Positions 11,059-22,700 are shown, counted from the first letter of the stretch. The stretch: DNA of 64,000 nucleotides from an uncultured Pirellulaceae bacterium (GCA_964446085.1 CAYUNP010000002.1:3266-67265), one strand, 5' to 3'. Made by a program: numbers and translations. The notes: a model not told the origin generated them from the sequence alone.

Positions 11059-13490
11059 TGGTTATTTTCGATTTGTTTGACTTGTTGGGAAGCCATCGAT
11101 GGCTCGGCGTTTTCAACTTCCGGTAGCTTCGTTTCTGGATCCGGCGCGGTGACCAGAGATTCCAGCGAATTCGATTCGTCTTCGTCTTCGTCCTCAGCAC
11201 CCGACAGAACCGTTAACATGTCCAGAGAATTCCAGGCTGGCAGTTGCGTCAGAAGTCCGATCAGAATCTGTCCTCCGTGAATCAGCCAGGCCAGATATCC
11301 CGCTGTGACAATCGACGCGATCGACGCGACGGTTCCGGCAGCTACCTGTGGCACGTAGGACTGCTCAAGCATCTTTTCATCGAGTTGTTCCAGATTCGCC
11401 CAATATTCGCCAACCGTGTCTGGTCGTCCGTCAAAAACAGATTCATTGTTGGACTGGCTTTCGAGAATACCGCTGGCTTCTACACGCGGTACAACCAGGT
11501 TGTTACCACGCTCGATCCCGGAGAACCCAGACGGTCGATCATCGATCTCCAACACAGGTTCTATGACGACGTTGACTTGAACGAATTGACGCGGCTCGTT
11601 CTCGAAGTCATTTGCTCCAACATTGATTCCGTCACCGCGATTGATGAAGTCGGGATTAGTCAACAACTCTTCAATGTCTTCGTTGTCTGAATTTTGTGAT
11701 TCAGGCAGGTCCAAATCCGGCTCTGGTAAAACGGGACTGATTGATCCAATCGGATTTACCACAAATGGAATCTGCATGGGGGCCGGCGCATTGTCTACCT
11801 GCGTTACGCCAATCTGGTGGACAAGAGTATCCTCAGCACCAGCACCCAGCGTAGGGTCATCAACCGCAATAAACACTTCAAGCGTGGATTGAGTGTCGAA
11901 TTCAATCAACTGATCCGCTCGTAGAAACAATCCATCGTCCACGATCTCAAAACGGCTTTGATCGACGCCACTCAAAATCAGCGTTTCGTCGCCAAGGCTA
12001 TCGTCATCGACAACAATATCAGCAACCCTTGTTCTAACGGAGAGTCCTTCAGCAAGTGACACGACCAGGTTTTCAAGTCGCAAGGTCGGCGCTTCATTGA
12101 TGTTGTTGACGAAGATCGTCAGGTCGGTTTCAAAACCCAGATTTCCCGGATCCGTCGTGCGGATTCTGACGGTATGCGATGTAGCTGATTCGTAATCCAG
12201 TTCCAGCCCCGTCAAAACCAGTTGGTTGCCATTGGCGATTGAAAATGGAGATTCCCCGACGATTTCATAGGTAAACGGACCCGCGTCATCGGAGTCAATC
12301 GTTGACAGCAAACCAATTGCAACGCCAGTCGCCGTGTCCGTGTTTTCATCGATCGAATCGTTGTCGATCAGGATTCCAGTTGGAGCCGCGTTGGCGATCG
12401 GTTCTGGAGGGGCTTTCGAAATCGCAAGTGCTTCAATATTGTCTCCATCGAGCGCAAATCCAGCGTTACTGCCATCGAACACTCTAAAACCAGTTGCCGA
12501 CCCGTCGGCATTGAGACGTATCGCGCCAACGTCTTCAGGATCGATCCGCACTGAAGGGTTGCCAACTTCGTTATCTGAAACAGAAAGCGAAATGAGAATG
12601 TCGCCTTCCTGCAAATCGAGTCCGCCGAGAGTCATATCTTCCTGAACCAGGTGCAATGCACTAACCGGTTCATCGAGGTCGATTCCAGGACTGGCGCCAA
12701 AAATGAGCGATCCCAGGTTTCCACCGGTTGTTCCCGCTCCAACAGAACTCGGCTGGAAAAACTGAATTTCATTGGACAAACCAAACAGGAACGTTCCCTG
12801 GGCCAGCGTGCGACCATCGGGAAGAGTGACACCATCGGGACGATCGACTAACGAAATACCGCTGGAGTTACTGGAAAGTGGATTATCCAGCAGAACGAAG
12901 AATTCACCCGAATCGTGTACTCCGACCACATCAGGACGAAATAGGTAGATTTCATCTTCAACAGAAATCGACGTCGAATTGCCTGACAGCGATCCTGTAC
13001 CCCTGGTACCGAAAATGATGTCACCACTTCGCAGATCAAACGAATCGACACCCACTCCAAGCGTGAAGTCATGTTGAACTGCATGCAGTGCGCGTAACTG
13101 AAGATCGTCGGAAGTAAAATCGTCCAGGTCAAAAATGGAAGAAAACGTGCCTGTTGTATCGTTTCCAAGAGCAAGATCGGGCTCGCCCAGTTGAACGATT
13201 TCACTGCCGTCCAATGCTGATCCTTCGACCTGTGTTCCGACTGTCTCTGAAGAGAGCAGGAACCGGAATTCGGATGCTGATGCTGACATCGCCGCAACAT
13301 CCTGCTCTGCAAGTGAGTCTGAGACATCAACTGGTTCTGGTAGCACCTCGATGGCCTCAAGCGGCGTTGCACTATAAAGAACGCGGTCTTCAAGTTCGAA
13401 AGCGGCAATTCCGTTGGCGCACAATTTCACTTCGCTGGCGACCAGACGGCCGCAAAGCTCTGAAAGTAGTTGATAATCAAATGGCTTCAT
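11055..13490 (-). CDS. Cadherin-domain surface protein with LEPRxLL-like N-terminal motif and C-terminal hydrophobic hairpin
   Basis: FELEDRVLYSATP near the N-terminus; cadherin-type motifs (LDYE, VNNINEAP); C-terminal GYLAWLIHGGQILIGLLTQLPAWNSLDML. The TGA stop overlaps the kinase ATG (ATGA at 11055-11058). ATG 13490 preferred over 13523. Confidence 0.75.
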   Translation of the reverse strand: MKPFDYQLLSELCGRLVASEVKLCANGIAAFELEDRVLYSATPLEAIEVLPEPVDVSDSLAEQDVAAMSASASEFRFLLSSETVGTQVEGSALDGSEIVQLGEPDLALGNDTTGTFSSIFDLDDFTSDDLQLRALHAVQHDFTLGVGVDSFDLRSGDIIFGTRGTGSLSGNSTSISVEDEIYLFRPDVVGVHDSGEFFVLLDNPLSSNSSGISLVDRPDGVTLPDGRTLAQGTFLFGLSNEIQFFQPSSVGAGTTGGNLGSLIFGASPGIDLDEPVSALHLVQEDMTLGGLDLQEGDILISLSVSDNEVGNPSVRIDPEDVGAIRLNADGSATGFRVFDGSNAGFALDGDNIEALAISKAPPEPIANAAPTGILIDNDSIDENTDTATGVAIGLLSTIDSDDAGPFTYEIVGESPFSIANGNQLVLTGLELDYESATSHTVRIRTTDPGNLGFETDLTIFVNNINEAPTLRLENLVVSLAEGLSVRTRVADIVVDDDSLGDETLILSGVDQSRFEIVDDGLFLRADQLIEFDTQSTLEVFIAVDDPTLGAGAEDTLVHQIGVTQVDNAPAPMQIPFVVNPIGSISPVLPEPDLDLPESQNSDNEDIEELLTNPDFINRGDGINVGANDFENEPRQFVQVNVVIEPVLEIDDRPSGFSGIERGNNLVVPRVEASGILESQSNNESVFDGRPDTVGEYWANLEQLDEKMLEQSYVPQVAAGTVASIASIVTAGYLAWLIHGGQILIGLLTQLPAWNSLDMLTVLSGAEDEDEDESNSLESLVTAPDPETKLPEVENAEPSMASQQVKQIENNQ

Positions 13491-13573
13491 CAAAGAGGTA
13501 AGTCTGGGTAAGTGGGGGTACACCAGGACACTTGCGGGATTACAAGCATTGCCAAACTTAGCTCCCTAATAAA

Positions 13574-13599
13574 AAAAACGTTTGGCAAAAACGTTTGGC
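13574..13599. promoter_or_regulatory. Tandem 13-bp direct repeat (AAAAACGTTTGGC x2) in a divergent promoter region
   Basis: Exact tandem repeat at 13574-13586 and 13587-13599 between the divergent adhesin and TolC genes. Function is inferred. Confidence 0.4.
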
Positions 13600-13872
13600 A
13601 GAAAACAAATTCGCAACCCGGCGAAAACCAACCGCAGAAGGCAAAAACGCTAGCGATTCGTGCTTTGTGGCAAACTTTTAGGATTAGCGAAAGTTTGCGG
13701 GTTGTGCGGACGATACTCGAAGTAACGGAATTTTCTGTGCCTGCACAACAATGCAGTTGCAGAACCATTCCAGGAACTGGGGGGTTCCAGGCAAGCCGAT
13801 TGCCTGGCGTTTTCGCGGCAGCAGCCTGCCGCGAAAGCGTTTTTTAGACGTTTTCACAGGATATGGAATCCT

Positions 13873-16443
13873 ATGAGACTTACCCCGAAAAACAGTTTGG
13901 CCTGGACGGCAACCATCGCTCTCATGATGGTTGGTTGTACTCCTTCAAAGCCAATTTACATCAACGACACCGGCGCGCTCAATCACTACGTTGATCAGGC
14001 AACCAGTATCGAGTATCCCGATGTGAATGTTCAATCATTGGACGAAGTGAATTTTTCACGTCCACCGATTACCGTTGCCAATCCGGATTTCGATGGCTTC
14101 CGGGACATGACGCTCGAAGACTGCGTTAGCTGTGCCATGCAAAACGGCAAGTTGTTCCGCGGATACGGCACGCCTGCCTTGCAGGGACCGCGAGTGCTTC
14201 CGGGGCAGGATACGATCATCAACGCTCCCAACGCCGTTGGCACAGTTTACAACGTGGCAATTCGTGAGACGGAACCAGGAGCCATTGGTACGCCAGGACA
14301 ATTGGGACTTCCTGGATCGATTCTTACCAACACTCAGTTGGAAACGAACCAGGGTGTTGAAGCAGCACTTTCGCAATTCGATGCTCAGTTGACCAGCAGT
14401 TTGAATTACACAAAGTCGGACGAACCGCGAAACACGGTTGCCACAAACCCGAACCAGCCACTGGTCTTCCAACAGGACCAGGTACAGTGGCAGACAGAGA
14501 TCGCCAAAGAAGCCGCCAACGGAACACAGTTGTTTTTCCGAAACGTCAACACCTACAGCGCTAACTCGAACCCGGTTGATGATCCACTAACACCAGCCGT
14601 CGAAGGTTTCCAGGTTCTTGACAGTTTCTATCGAGCGTCCTTCGAAGCAGAAGTTCGCCAACCGTTACTGCGTGGACGAGGAACCTTCATCAATCGTATG
14701 CCGATTGTAATTTCGAGGATCAACACCGACCAGGAAGTGGCCAACCTTGAGTCTCAGCTTCAGAACTTTGTCACCAACGTTGAAATCCGTTACTGGGAGC
14801 TGTATTCAGCCTACCGGTCGTTCGAATCAGCAAAAAATGGTCGCGACTCAGCACTGGCAACTTCCCGAATCATCAAAGATCAGTTTGACGCTGAATCGAA
14901 CGTTAACCGGCAACAGGTTGCTCAATCCACTGAGCAGTTTTACTTCTTTGAAGCACAGGTTTCCGAGGCATTCGACACTCTGTTGAAAGCCGAAGGACAG
15001 TTGCGATTCCTGCTCGGTTGGTCTGCCAACGATGGCAAAATGATTCGCCCAATCGACGAACCAATTTTTGCTCCAGTAGAGTTTGATTACTGTGAGACGA
15101 TCTGTGAGGCATTGACGTACCGTCCGGAACTTCGATCGATCCGCTGGGAAATTCGCAAACGTGAACTCGCTCTGGCACATTCGAAGAACGGCCTGCTGCC
15201 AGAAGTAAACATCACGGCTCTGTATCGATTCCTTGGACTTGGAAACCGGTTCGGCACTTCGGATGACGGATCGTTCTTCCCCAATGCTGACAGTGGTGCT
15301 CTCAACGAACTCTATGATGGAAACTTCCAGGAACTTCAATTCGGAATTGACTTCCGTGCTCCAGTTGGATTCCGGGCAGAACTCGCAAACGTGAGAAACG
15401 CACAATTGAAACTGGCTCAACAACTGGCCATTCTGGAAGATGCGGAACTCGATGTAAACAAAGAGATCCACGAAACGATGCAATCAATGGCAACAGCATT
15501 GAGCACGGCCACAGCCCACTTTAACCGATGGCGAGCTTCGAGGATCGAGCAGGATGCGTTCGACGAACTGAAAACTGCGGGCGTGGAAACACTGGACGCT
15601 GCTCTTCAGTCACAGCGACGTCTATCACAGTCAGAAGTTGCTTTCTATCAATCAGTCACAGAATACAACAAGATGCTGGCTCTACTGCACCGACGCAAAG
15701 GTACAACGCTTGCCTATTCCGGAATTCACTTCGAAGAAGGACCGTGGGCCGGCAAGGCTTATCATGATGCGGCGGAACACTCGCGAAGAAGAAGTGCCAG
15801 TCGTGAAATGAACTACGGCTGGTCACGACCTGAAGTCATCAGCATCGGCGAAGATTTTCCAACGAACCAGAACATCGGTCGCAAAACAGGCGACGCACCA
15901 TCCTTCGGTGGAACCGTCCAGTCGATCGACCAGGGTTTCCCAGGCGGCGTTCAAACAGTTCCCTATAACGAACCAGTGTTCTCAAATCCGAATGAAGGAA
16001 TCATTCCAACGGAAGTCAGAACAATCGAGCCTATCCTCGAAACTGCCCCTGCTCCGGAACTAAAACCAGTTTCAAGCAACCAGACTGACTCCAACGTTCG
16101 CACTGTTTCCTACGAAGAAATGGACACACAGCCCGCGACAAGGAAAAAGTTGCGTGCTCAAACTACAAACACACAGGTTCGACCTTCCAGGCGAAAGTTA
16201 TCTGCTGTTCCCGGAAAGGACTCGGGTGATCCGGTTGCCAAACGAGTACCGGCCGCCAAACGAACCCCAACTGCCCAAACGTCCGGAGCCAAAATTCGGA
16301 TGAAACCGAAGGCTGCGTCAACTCCTGCCAATCCAGTTCGCATGAATTGGTCCAAGGTAGGTGCTGACGAAAATCCGTCCAGAACTTCAACATCGACCGT
16401 AACGATTGGTCGCATCGTCACTAAAAGCGATGGAGAAAACTAA
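13873..16443 (+). CDS. TolC-family outer membrane channel, lipoprotein type, with long disordered C-terminal tail
   Basis: Lipobox-like LMMVGC; OEP repeats (EVRQPLLRGRG, YWELYSAY, YRPELRS, LLPEVNI, PVGFRAELANVRNAQL). Confidence 0.85.
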   Translation: MRLTPKNSLAWTATIALMMVGCTPSKPIYINDTGALNHYVDQATSIEYPDVNVQSLDEVNFSRPPITVANPDFDGFRDMTLEDCVSCAMQNGKLFRGYGTPALQGPRVLPGQDTIINAPNAVGTVYNVAIRETEPGAIGTPGQLGLPGSILTNTQLETNQGVEAALSQFDAQLTSSLNYTKSDEPRNTVATNPNQPLVFQQDQVQWQTEIAKEAANGTQLFFRNVNTYSANSNPVDDPLTPAVEGFQVLDSFYRASFEAEVRQPLLRGRGTFINRMPIVISRINTDQEVANLESQLQNFVTNVEIRYWELYSAYRSFESAKNGRDSALATSRIIKDQFDAESNVNRQQVAQSTEQFYFFEAQVSEAFDTLLKAEGQLRFLLGWSANDGKMIRPIDEPIFAPVEFDYCETICEALTYRPELRSIRWEIRKRELALAHSKNGLLPEVNITALYRFLGLGNRFGTSDDGSFFPNADSGALNELYDGNFQELQFGIDFRAPVGFRAELANVRNAQLKLAQQLAILEDAELDVNKEIHETMQSMATALSTATAHFNRWRASRIEQDAFDELKTAGVETLDAALQSQRRLSQSEVAFYQSVTEYNKMLALLHRRKGTTLAYSGIHFEEGPWAGKAYHDAAEHSRRRSASREMNYGWSRPEVISIGEDFPTNQNIGRKTGDAPSFGGTVQSIDQGFPGGVQTVPYNEPVFSNPNEGIIPTEVRTIEPILETAPAPELKPVSSNQTDSNVRTVSYEEMDTQPATRKKLRAQTTNTQVRPSRRKLSAVPGKDSGDPVAKRVPAAKRTPTAQTSGAKIRMKPKAASTPANPVRMNWSKVGADENPSRTSTSTVTIGRIVTKSDGEN

Positions 16444-16444
16444 C

Positions 16445-16894
16445 ATGAAGAACTTGATCTATATCTTCACAACGATCCTCGTATTTGCATCTGGTTGCAG
16501 CATGTGTTGCGGACCGTTTGACAATGACTATCCAACCTTCGGTGGAAAACACGTTCGAGCAAACCGATCATACGGACGTGTTGGATCTGTGTTGTCGGAT
16601 CCGGTCAGTAGCTTGAACGGTCCTTCGGCTGATTCAAATCTCACACCGCCTCCTGAACCCAATCCAGTTGACGATGACACCATTGGTGTGGATGACATTG
16701 ATGATCTTGACCTTGAAGAGCCAAATATCGATCTGGAAGGTGGACTCGACTCAGGTGCAGATGAACTCGAAGGAATCGAGCCACTGCGTGGTTCTGAGTC
16801 GTTGGACTCTCCTGGCGAAGAAGCGTCAGGAGAAAGTAATTCAACCGCATCGAGACGTTGGCGTCCCAAACCACTACGTGGCCATATTCGATAA
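16445..16894 (+). CDS. Hypothetical lipoprotein with Cys-rich N-terminus and acidic tail
   Basis: ATG 1 nt after the TolC stop; MKNLIYIFTTILVFASGC lipobox, then SMCCGPFDNDYPTFGG and a D/E-rich tail. Confidence 0.75.
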   Translation: MKNLIYIFTTILVFASGCSMCCGPFDNDYPTFGGKHVRANRSYGRVGSVLSDPVSSLNGPSADSNLTPPPEPNPVDDDTIGVDDIDDLDLEEPNIDLEGGLDSGADELEGIEPLRGSESLDSPGEEASGESNSTASRRWRPKPLRGHIR

Positions 16895-17287
16895 CGTGTC
16901 GATGTCAAAAGTACATTTTCGATTATTCCTGAAATTGACTTGCTTCTTGGACAGATAAGAGATCGTAAATCGCCCTTCGCCCTAAACGAGTTACTTTCAC
17001 ATCAACCTAAATTCAGGAAACAGTTTGTTGGTAGGGCCAACCCTTTAGATACAGTTTGCGGACGTAATTGGATTCAATAACCATGCACGACAGACGTCTA
17101 ACAAGTTAGGCACAAAACCTAATCCACAGTATAAAACCGCTCTATTGCAAGTTGTTAGCTTGCCAGCACAGACCACCAATTTTCCTGGTGTCGGCATTTC
17201 GTCTTTAGATGCTTTTCAAAACCAAATTTTTGATTATGCTTTTGGAACGTTTTTTTACTATCCACACCGGGAATGGGTTTTTTGGTT

Positions 17288-17650
17288 ATGGCAAAGAGAA
17301 AAGTTAACAAGTCTCAGGAGATTCGGGACTTTGTAAGTGCAAACCGCAAAGCATCAGCAAAAGCTGTTGTTGACGCGATGCAAAAGAAAGGAATCAAGGT
17401 AACCGCTGCCATGGTTGCGAACGTCAAGTCAAAAGCTGGCTTGACGCGTGGTCGTCGTGGCCGTCCTCGTACTGCTATTGGTGGCACCAATGGATCTGTT
17501 CGACGAGTTGGACGACCAGCAAAACAGAACGGAGAAGTTGCGTTGGAATCTTTGATCGAAGCAAAACGATTTGTTGCGAAGGTTGGTTCAGTCCAACAGG
17601 CCGTCGAAGTTATTCGTGCCTTGGAGAAACTCGACTCGATCGCTGGTTAG
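17288..17650 (+). CDS. Small basic putative DNA-binding protein with AT-hook-like motifs
   Basis: K/R-rich; RRGRPR and RVGRPAK motifs between an N-terminal helical domain and a C-terminal amphipathic helix; AT-rich upstream region. Confidence 0.7.
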   Translation: MAKRKVNKSQEIRDFVSANRKASAKAVVDAMQKKGIKVTAAMVANVKSKAGLTRGRRGRPRTAIGGTNGSVRRVGRPAKQNGEVALESLIEAKRFVAKVGSVQQAVEVIRALEKLDSIAG

Positions 17651-17781
17651 CGATCAATTAACAATCCGGTTTTCGAAGTTTGTTTACAGAGGTGGGGTAC
17701 TTCAGAGACGACCATGGTTGTCCTGCGCCCCCTTCTTTCTTGAGTTCTCTAACTCTCAATACCGTGCCTTGCACGATGATT

Positions 17782-18039
17782 TCATTTAATGGATTCAGAC
17801 TCGTTGCTTTTGAGAATTCTGAGAATTCCATACAGACTGATCAGCAACCAACAGAGTTCGATCACAAACGCCGGAAGATTGAAACTGTAGCAAAGTGAAT
17901 ACAGGATCAGCGCGGCGCCGATTGCATTGAGCAATTGATACGTGAGAGTCTTTGTTGAAAGACGCTCCAACTGCAGCAGGAAATACGCTAACAGAATTTG
18001 CAGCACCCCAACGATGCCGACGATTTCTGGAAAGGACAT
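17782..18039 (-). CDS. Small membrane protein (CBU_0592-like)
   Basis: 85 aa with three hydrophobic helices; pattern GIVGVLQILLAYFLLQ..YQLLNAIGA..NLPAFVIELCWLLISLYG. Confidence 0.75.
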   Translation of the reverse strand: MSFPEIVGIVGVLQILLAYFLLQLERLSTKTLTYQLLNAIGAALILYSLCYSFNLPAFVIELCWLLISLYGILRILKSNESESIK

Positions 18040-18149
18040 GGCTACCTCAATTGTAACTGAAGCATCTCGGCTCAGCGCTAAACATACACTTTGGCTGCGC
18101 GTCTAACCACAGCATTAAAATTAAACTGTGGCATGATAAAAGTCGCGTC

Positions 18150-19622
18150 CTAAGTCTTCACTACTGTCTGAAGATACTCATCACACGCCGTCGCCGCTTC
18201 ACGACCTTCGCGAATCGCCCACACGACCAGGCTTTGACCACGTCGACAGTCACCAGCTGCAAAAATTCCAGGCACACTGGTACAGTAATCTGACTCCGTC
18301 GCAAGAATGTTCGAACGCCCGTCACACTCCAACCCAAACGCATCGGCAACGAATGACTCAGGCCCCAGAAAACCAAGTGCCAGAAAAACAAGATCGGCTT
18401 CGATATCCTGTTCCGTACCTTCGATACGACTAAACGGAGCGATACCAGGTCGCTCCAAAGTCCAATCAACCATGCACGTTCGCAACCCGCTAACGTTGAA
18501 ATCCCTGTCTGCGATAAACTCAACGGTCTCCACGGCAAACAGGCGTGGATCTTCACCGAACTTTGCTTTGGCTTCGGCGTGACCATAATCCGTTCGAAAC
18601 ACCACCGGCCACTGCGGCCATGGATTGCTATCAGCGCGCTCGTCTGGTGGTCGAGTTACGATTTCCAGATTGACGACGCTCTTACAGCCCTGTCGAATCG
18701 CCGTACCAATACAGTCAGTGCCTGTATCGCCTCCACCAATGACAACCACACTTTTATCTTTCGCGTTGATTGGCGAGGCGTCACTACCAAGCAAACTTGA
18801 AGTGGATCCCTGCAAGTAATCCATTGCGAAATGAATTCCAGCAGCGGTGCGGCCAGGAATCTTCAAATCACGAGGCTGGGTCGCGCCCACGCAAAGCACA
18901 ACCGAATCGAATGAGTTCCTCAACTCATCAGCGGTAATGTGTGTGCCGATTTCAATGCCCGTCCTGAATTCGATTCCTTCATCAGCCAACAGCTGCACCC
19001 GGCGATCGACAATCGTCTTCTCCAGTTTCATATTGGGGATGCCGTACATCAACAAACCACCGACGCGATCGGCTCGTTCGAAAACCGTGACACTGTGTCC
19101 GCATTGATTCAACTGGTCTGCACAGGCGAGCCCCGCTGGCCCCGATCCGACGACTGCCACTGTCTTTCCCGAACGGGACGAGGGAACGCGCGGTGTTACC
19201 CAGCCTTTGTCAAAGCCCCGATCGATGATCGTTCGTTCAATGTTCTTGATCGTCACTGGCGGATCATTGATTCCCAGCACGCACGACCCTTCACAAGGAG
19301 CCGGACAGACTCGCCCGGTGAACTCGGGAAAGTTGTTCGTCAAATGGAGACGGTCCAGCGCCTCGCGCCATTTGCCCTGATAGATCAGATGGTTCCACTC
19401 AGGGATCAGATTGTTGACAGGGCAACCCGTCGCCATGCGTTCAACAATTTGACCCGTATGGCAAAACGGAACACCACAATCCATGCATCGTGAGCCCTGC
19501 GTTTGCAACGTCTCATCGTTAATCTGCACCAGAAACTCGTTCCAGTCCCCTACCCTCTGAGCCGGGTCGCGATACGCGACATCCTGCCGGTCGAATTCCA
19601 TAAATCCGGTTGGTTTACCCAT
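18150..19622 (-). CDS. gltD: Glutamate synthase small subunit
   Basis: MGKPTGF start, [11 protein letters not shown] Fe-S motif, [35 protein letters not shown]. Confidence 0.97.
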   Translation of the reverse strand: MGKPTGFMEFDRQDVAYRDPAQRVGDWNEFLVQINDETLQTQGSRCMDCGVPFCHTGQIVERMATGCPVNNLIPEWNHLIYQGKWREALDRLHLTNNFPEFTGRVCPAPCEGSCVLGINDPPVTIKNIERTIIDRGFDKGWVTPRVPSSRSGKTVAVVGSGPAGLACADQLNQCGHSVTVFERADRVGGLLMYGIPNMKLEKTIVDRRVQLLADEGIEFRTGIEIGTHITADELRNSFDSVVLCVGATQPRDLKIPGRTAAGIHFAMDYLQGSTSSLLGSDASPINAKDKSVVVIGGGDTGTDCIGTAIRQGCKSVVNLEIVTRPPDERADSNPWPQWPVVFRTDYGHAEAKAKFGEDPRLFAVETVEFIADRDFNVSGLRTCMVDWTLERPGIAPFSRIEGTEQDIEADLVFLALGFLGPESFVADAFGLECDGRSNILATESDYCTSVPGIFAAGDCRRGQSLVVWAIREGREAATACDEYLQTVVKT

Positions 19623-19729
19623 GGTTCGCTTAACTTTAATGGTGATGTTGTGATGTGTCGTTCGAAAAATTTACGCTGCCCCGGAACGCAAAATCGGCAG
19701 CAAACGTCTGCCGTCAACCTGCTTCCGCC

Positions 19730-22700
19730 TTAGCCGCGCCGACGAGACTTTGCCGCCAGTGCTCGTTCCTGCAAAATTTCCCGATACCGAATCGGAATCA
19801 CTTTTCGAAATTCCAACAATGACTTTGACCAGTCGTCGAGCAGACTTTTTGCGACCGGTGACTCTGTGTAGCGATAGTGATTCTCGATCAGCGACTTGAG
19901 TTCCGCGATGTCTTCGGGCTTCTCCATCGCCTCCAGATCAACCATTTCCAGATTGATATTTTGCAACAGCTGTTCATCAGGATCGTGAACGAAAGCGAAT
20001 CCGCCAGACATGCCAGCCGCAAAATTCCGTCCTGTGGGACCAAGAATCACAGCTCGTCCGCCGGTCATGTATTCAAGACCATGGTCGCCGATGCCTTCGA
20101 TGACTGCCAAAGCTCCGGAGTTCCGTACCGCAAATCGTTCGGCAGCGATTCCACGAAAGTACGCTTCGCCTTCGGTGGCTCCATAAAGTGCAACGTTGCC
20201 AATGATGATATTTTCTTCAGCAACAAACTTTGAATTCCTGGGAGGCCGAACCACGACACGACCGCCGGAAAGTCCCTTGCCGACATAGTCGTTCGCGTCT
20301 CCTTCGACGGTGATCGAAACGCCGCGTGCAAGAAACGCACCCAAACTCTGGCCAGCCGAACCGGTCAGATTTATCTCAATCGTATCGTCGGGCAAACCTT
20401 CGGGCCCATGAGCCTTGACGACATGGTGGCTGAGAATTGTTCCCGCAGCACGATCGATGTTTCTGACTGGCAAATCGATCGTGACTTTCTCCCGTTGTTC
20501 CAAAGCCCGTTTGGCCTGTTCGACAAATTGCCAATCGAGCACTTCATCGAGGGCATGATCCTGATCGATCGTGCAATACACATCGACATCCGGGTAAGGC
20601 CCCATCGCGGGCGCCAGGATTTTTGTCAAATCGATGCCTTGAGCTTTCCAGTGATCGACTGCATGACGAACGTCCAGCGTCTCGACGCGGCCAACCATCT
20701 CATTGATACTGCGAAACCCGAGTGAAGCCATAATTTCGCGGGCTTCCTGAGCGACCATGAACAGGTAGTTCACAACATGTTCTGGCTTGCCTTTGAATTT
20801 CTTGCGCAGCTCCGGATCCTGTGTGGCAATACCGACCGGACAGGTATTCAAATGACACTTTCGCATCATGATGCAACCAAGAGTAATTAACGGCGCCGTC
20901 GCAAAACCGAACTCTTCGGCCCCCAGCAACGTCGCGATGACGATGTCCCGACCGGTCTTCAGTTGCCCATCCGTTTGCAATCGGACTCGAGACCGCAAGT
21001 CGTTCATCACCAGCGTCTGATGCGTTTCGGCAATCCCAAGCTCCCACGGCATTCCCGCGTGCTTGATACTGGTAATTGGAGAAGCCCCCGTCCCACCGCC
21101 GCAACCGGAAATCAGAATATTGTCAGCGTGAGCTTTGGCAACTCCGGCAGCGATCGTTCCGACACCGACTTCGCTAACGAGTTTGACACTGATACGCGCT
21201 GTCGGATTACTGTTTTTCAAATCGTAGATCAGCTGGGCCAAATCTTCGATTGAGTAAATGTCATGATGGGGAGGAGGACTGATTAGCGTTACACCGGGTG
21301 TCGATCGCCGCGTTGCCGCAATCGTTTCATCAACTTTGTGACCGGGCAGTTCGCCACCTTCGCCAGGCTTGGCGCCCTGCGCCATCTTGATCTGAATTTC
21401 GTCTGCGTTAGCCAGATAGTAAGCCGTGACGCCGAAACGTCCCGATGCAACCTGTTTGATCGCGGAACGTCGCGAATCACCATTGGGTTGGGCTTCGAAA
21501 CGTTTGTAATCTTCGCCGCCTTCACCTGTGTTACTCTTTCCACCCAGGCGATTCATGGCGACAGCCAGCGTCTCGTGCGACTCTGCGGAAATCGAACCGA
21601 AGCTCATCGCGCCAGTGCAGAACCGCTTAACGATCTCTTTCGCTGGTTCAACTTCATCAATTGGAATCGACTGACGGTCATCTTTAAACGTCAACAATCC
21701 TCGCAGATGACATTCCTTCGCGGTCTGAGCGTTAACATTTTTCGCGAAACGTTTGTAAGCATCGACATCACCATTGCGGGCAGCCGTTTGGATGTCGGCG
21801 ATATTTAACGGCGTCCAGGCATGCTTTTCACCACCCTGTCGCCAATGCATCGTGCCGGCAGTTTCAAGTTCAACGATCGGCAACTGGCCACCCTTTCGAT
21901 AGCCAAGCTTGTGACGACGGATCGCTTCGGCAGCAAGCACATCAAAGCCAACTCCCTCGATTCGACTGGCGGTCCCGGGAAATGCTGAACTGATCACGTC
22001 GCTGTTGAGCCCAATGGCCTCAAAGATTCGTGCACCTTTGTAGCTGGCAAGCGTCGAGATCCCCATCTTTGCGAGGACTTTCAACATGCCTTTCATCACG
22101 CCCTTGCGATAGGCCGCGATGCACTGATCCGCTGTCAGGTCGGAGCCTTCATTTTTCGCGTGGTGCTGGATGATTGCTTCGAGTCCAAGATAGGGATGGA
22201 TCGCGTCGGCTCCGAAACCGGTCAACAGGCAGTGATGGTGAACTTCGCGAGCTTCACCAGTCTCAACCACGATTCCGATTCGTGTCCGCGAATGTTTCTC
22301 GATCAAGTGATGATGAACGGCGCTGGTGGCCAGCAACGCACTCAGCGGAACACGATCTGCAGAAACGGCACGGTCACTGAGAATGACGATCGCGCAACCA
22401 TCTTCGATTGCTTTTTCGGATTCGGTTCTAATCCGCTCGAGCGCCGACATGAATCCGGCTTCGCCTTCGGAAACAGCGAACGTGATGTCGATCACACGCG
22501 ACTTCCAGTTTCGATGGTCAAGACTTTTCAGTTTGGCCATTTCACTGAAATCGAGGATTGGCGTATGCAACACCAGGCGATTGCACTGATCTTCGGTGGT
22601 ATCCAGCAAGTTACCTTCGGGACCAATGAAACACTCAACCGACATCACGATCTCTTCGCGAATCGAGTCGATCGGTGGATTCGTGACCTGGGCAAAGAGT

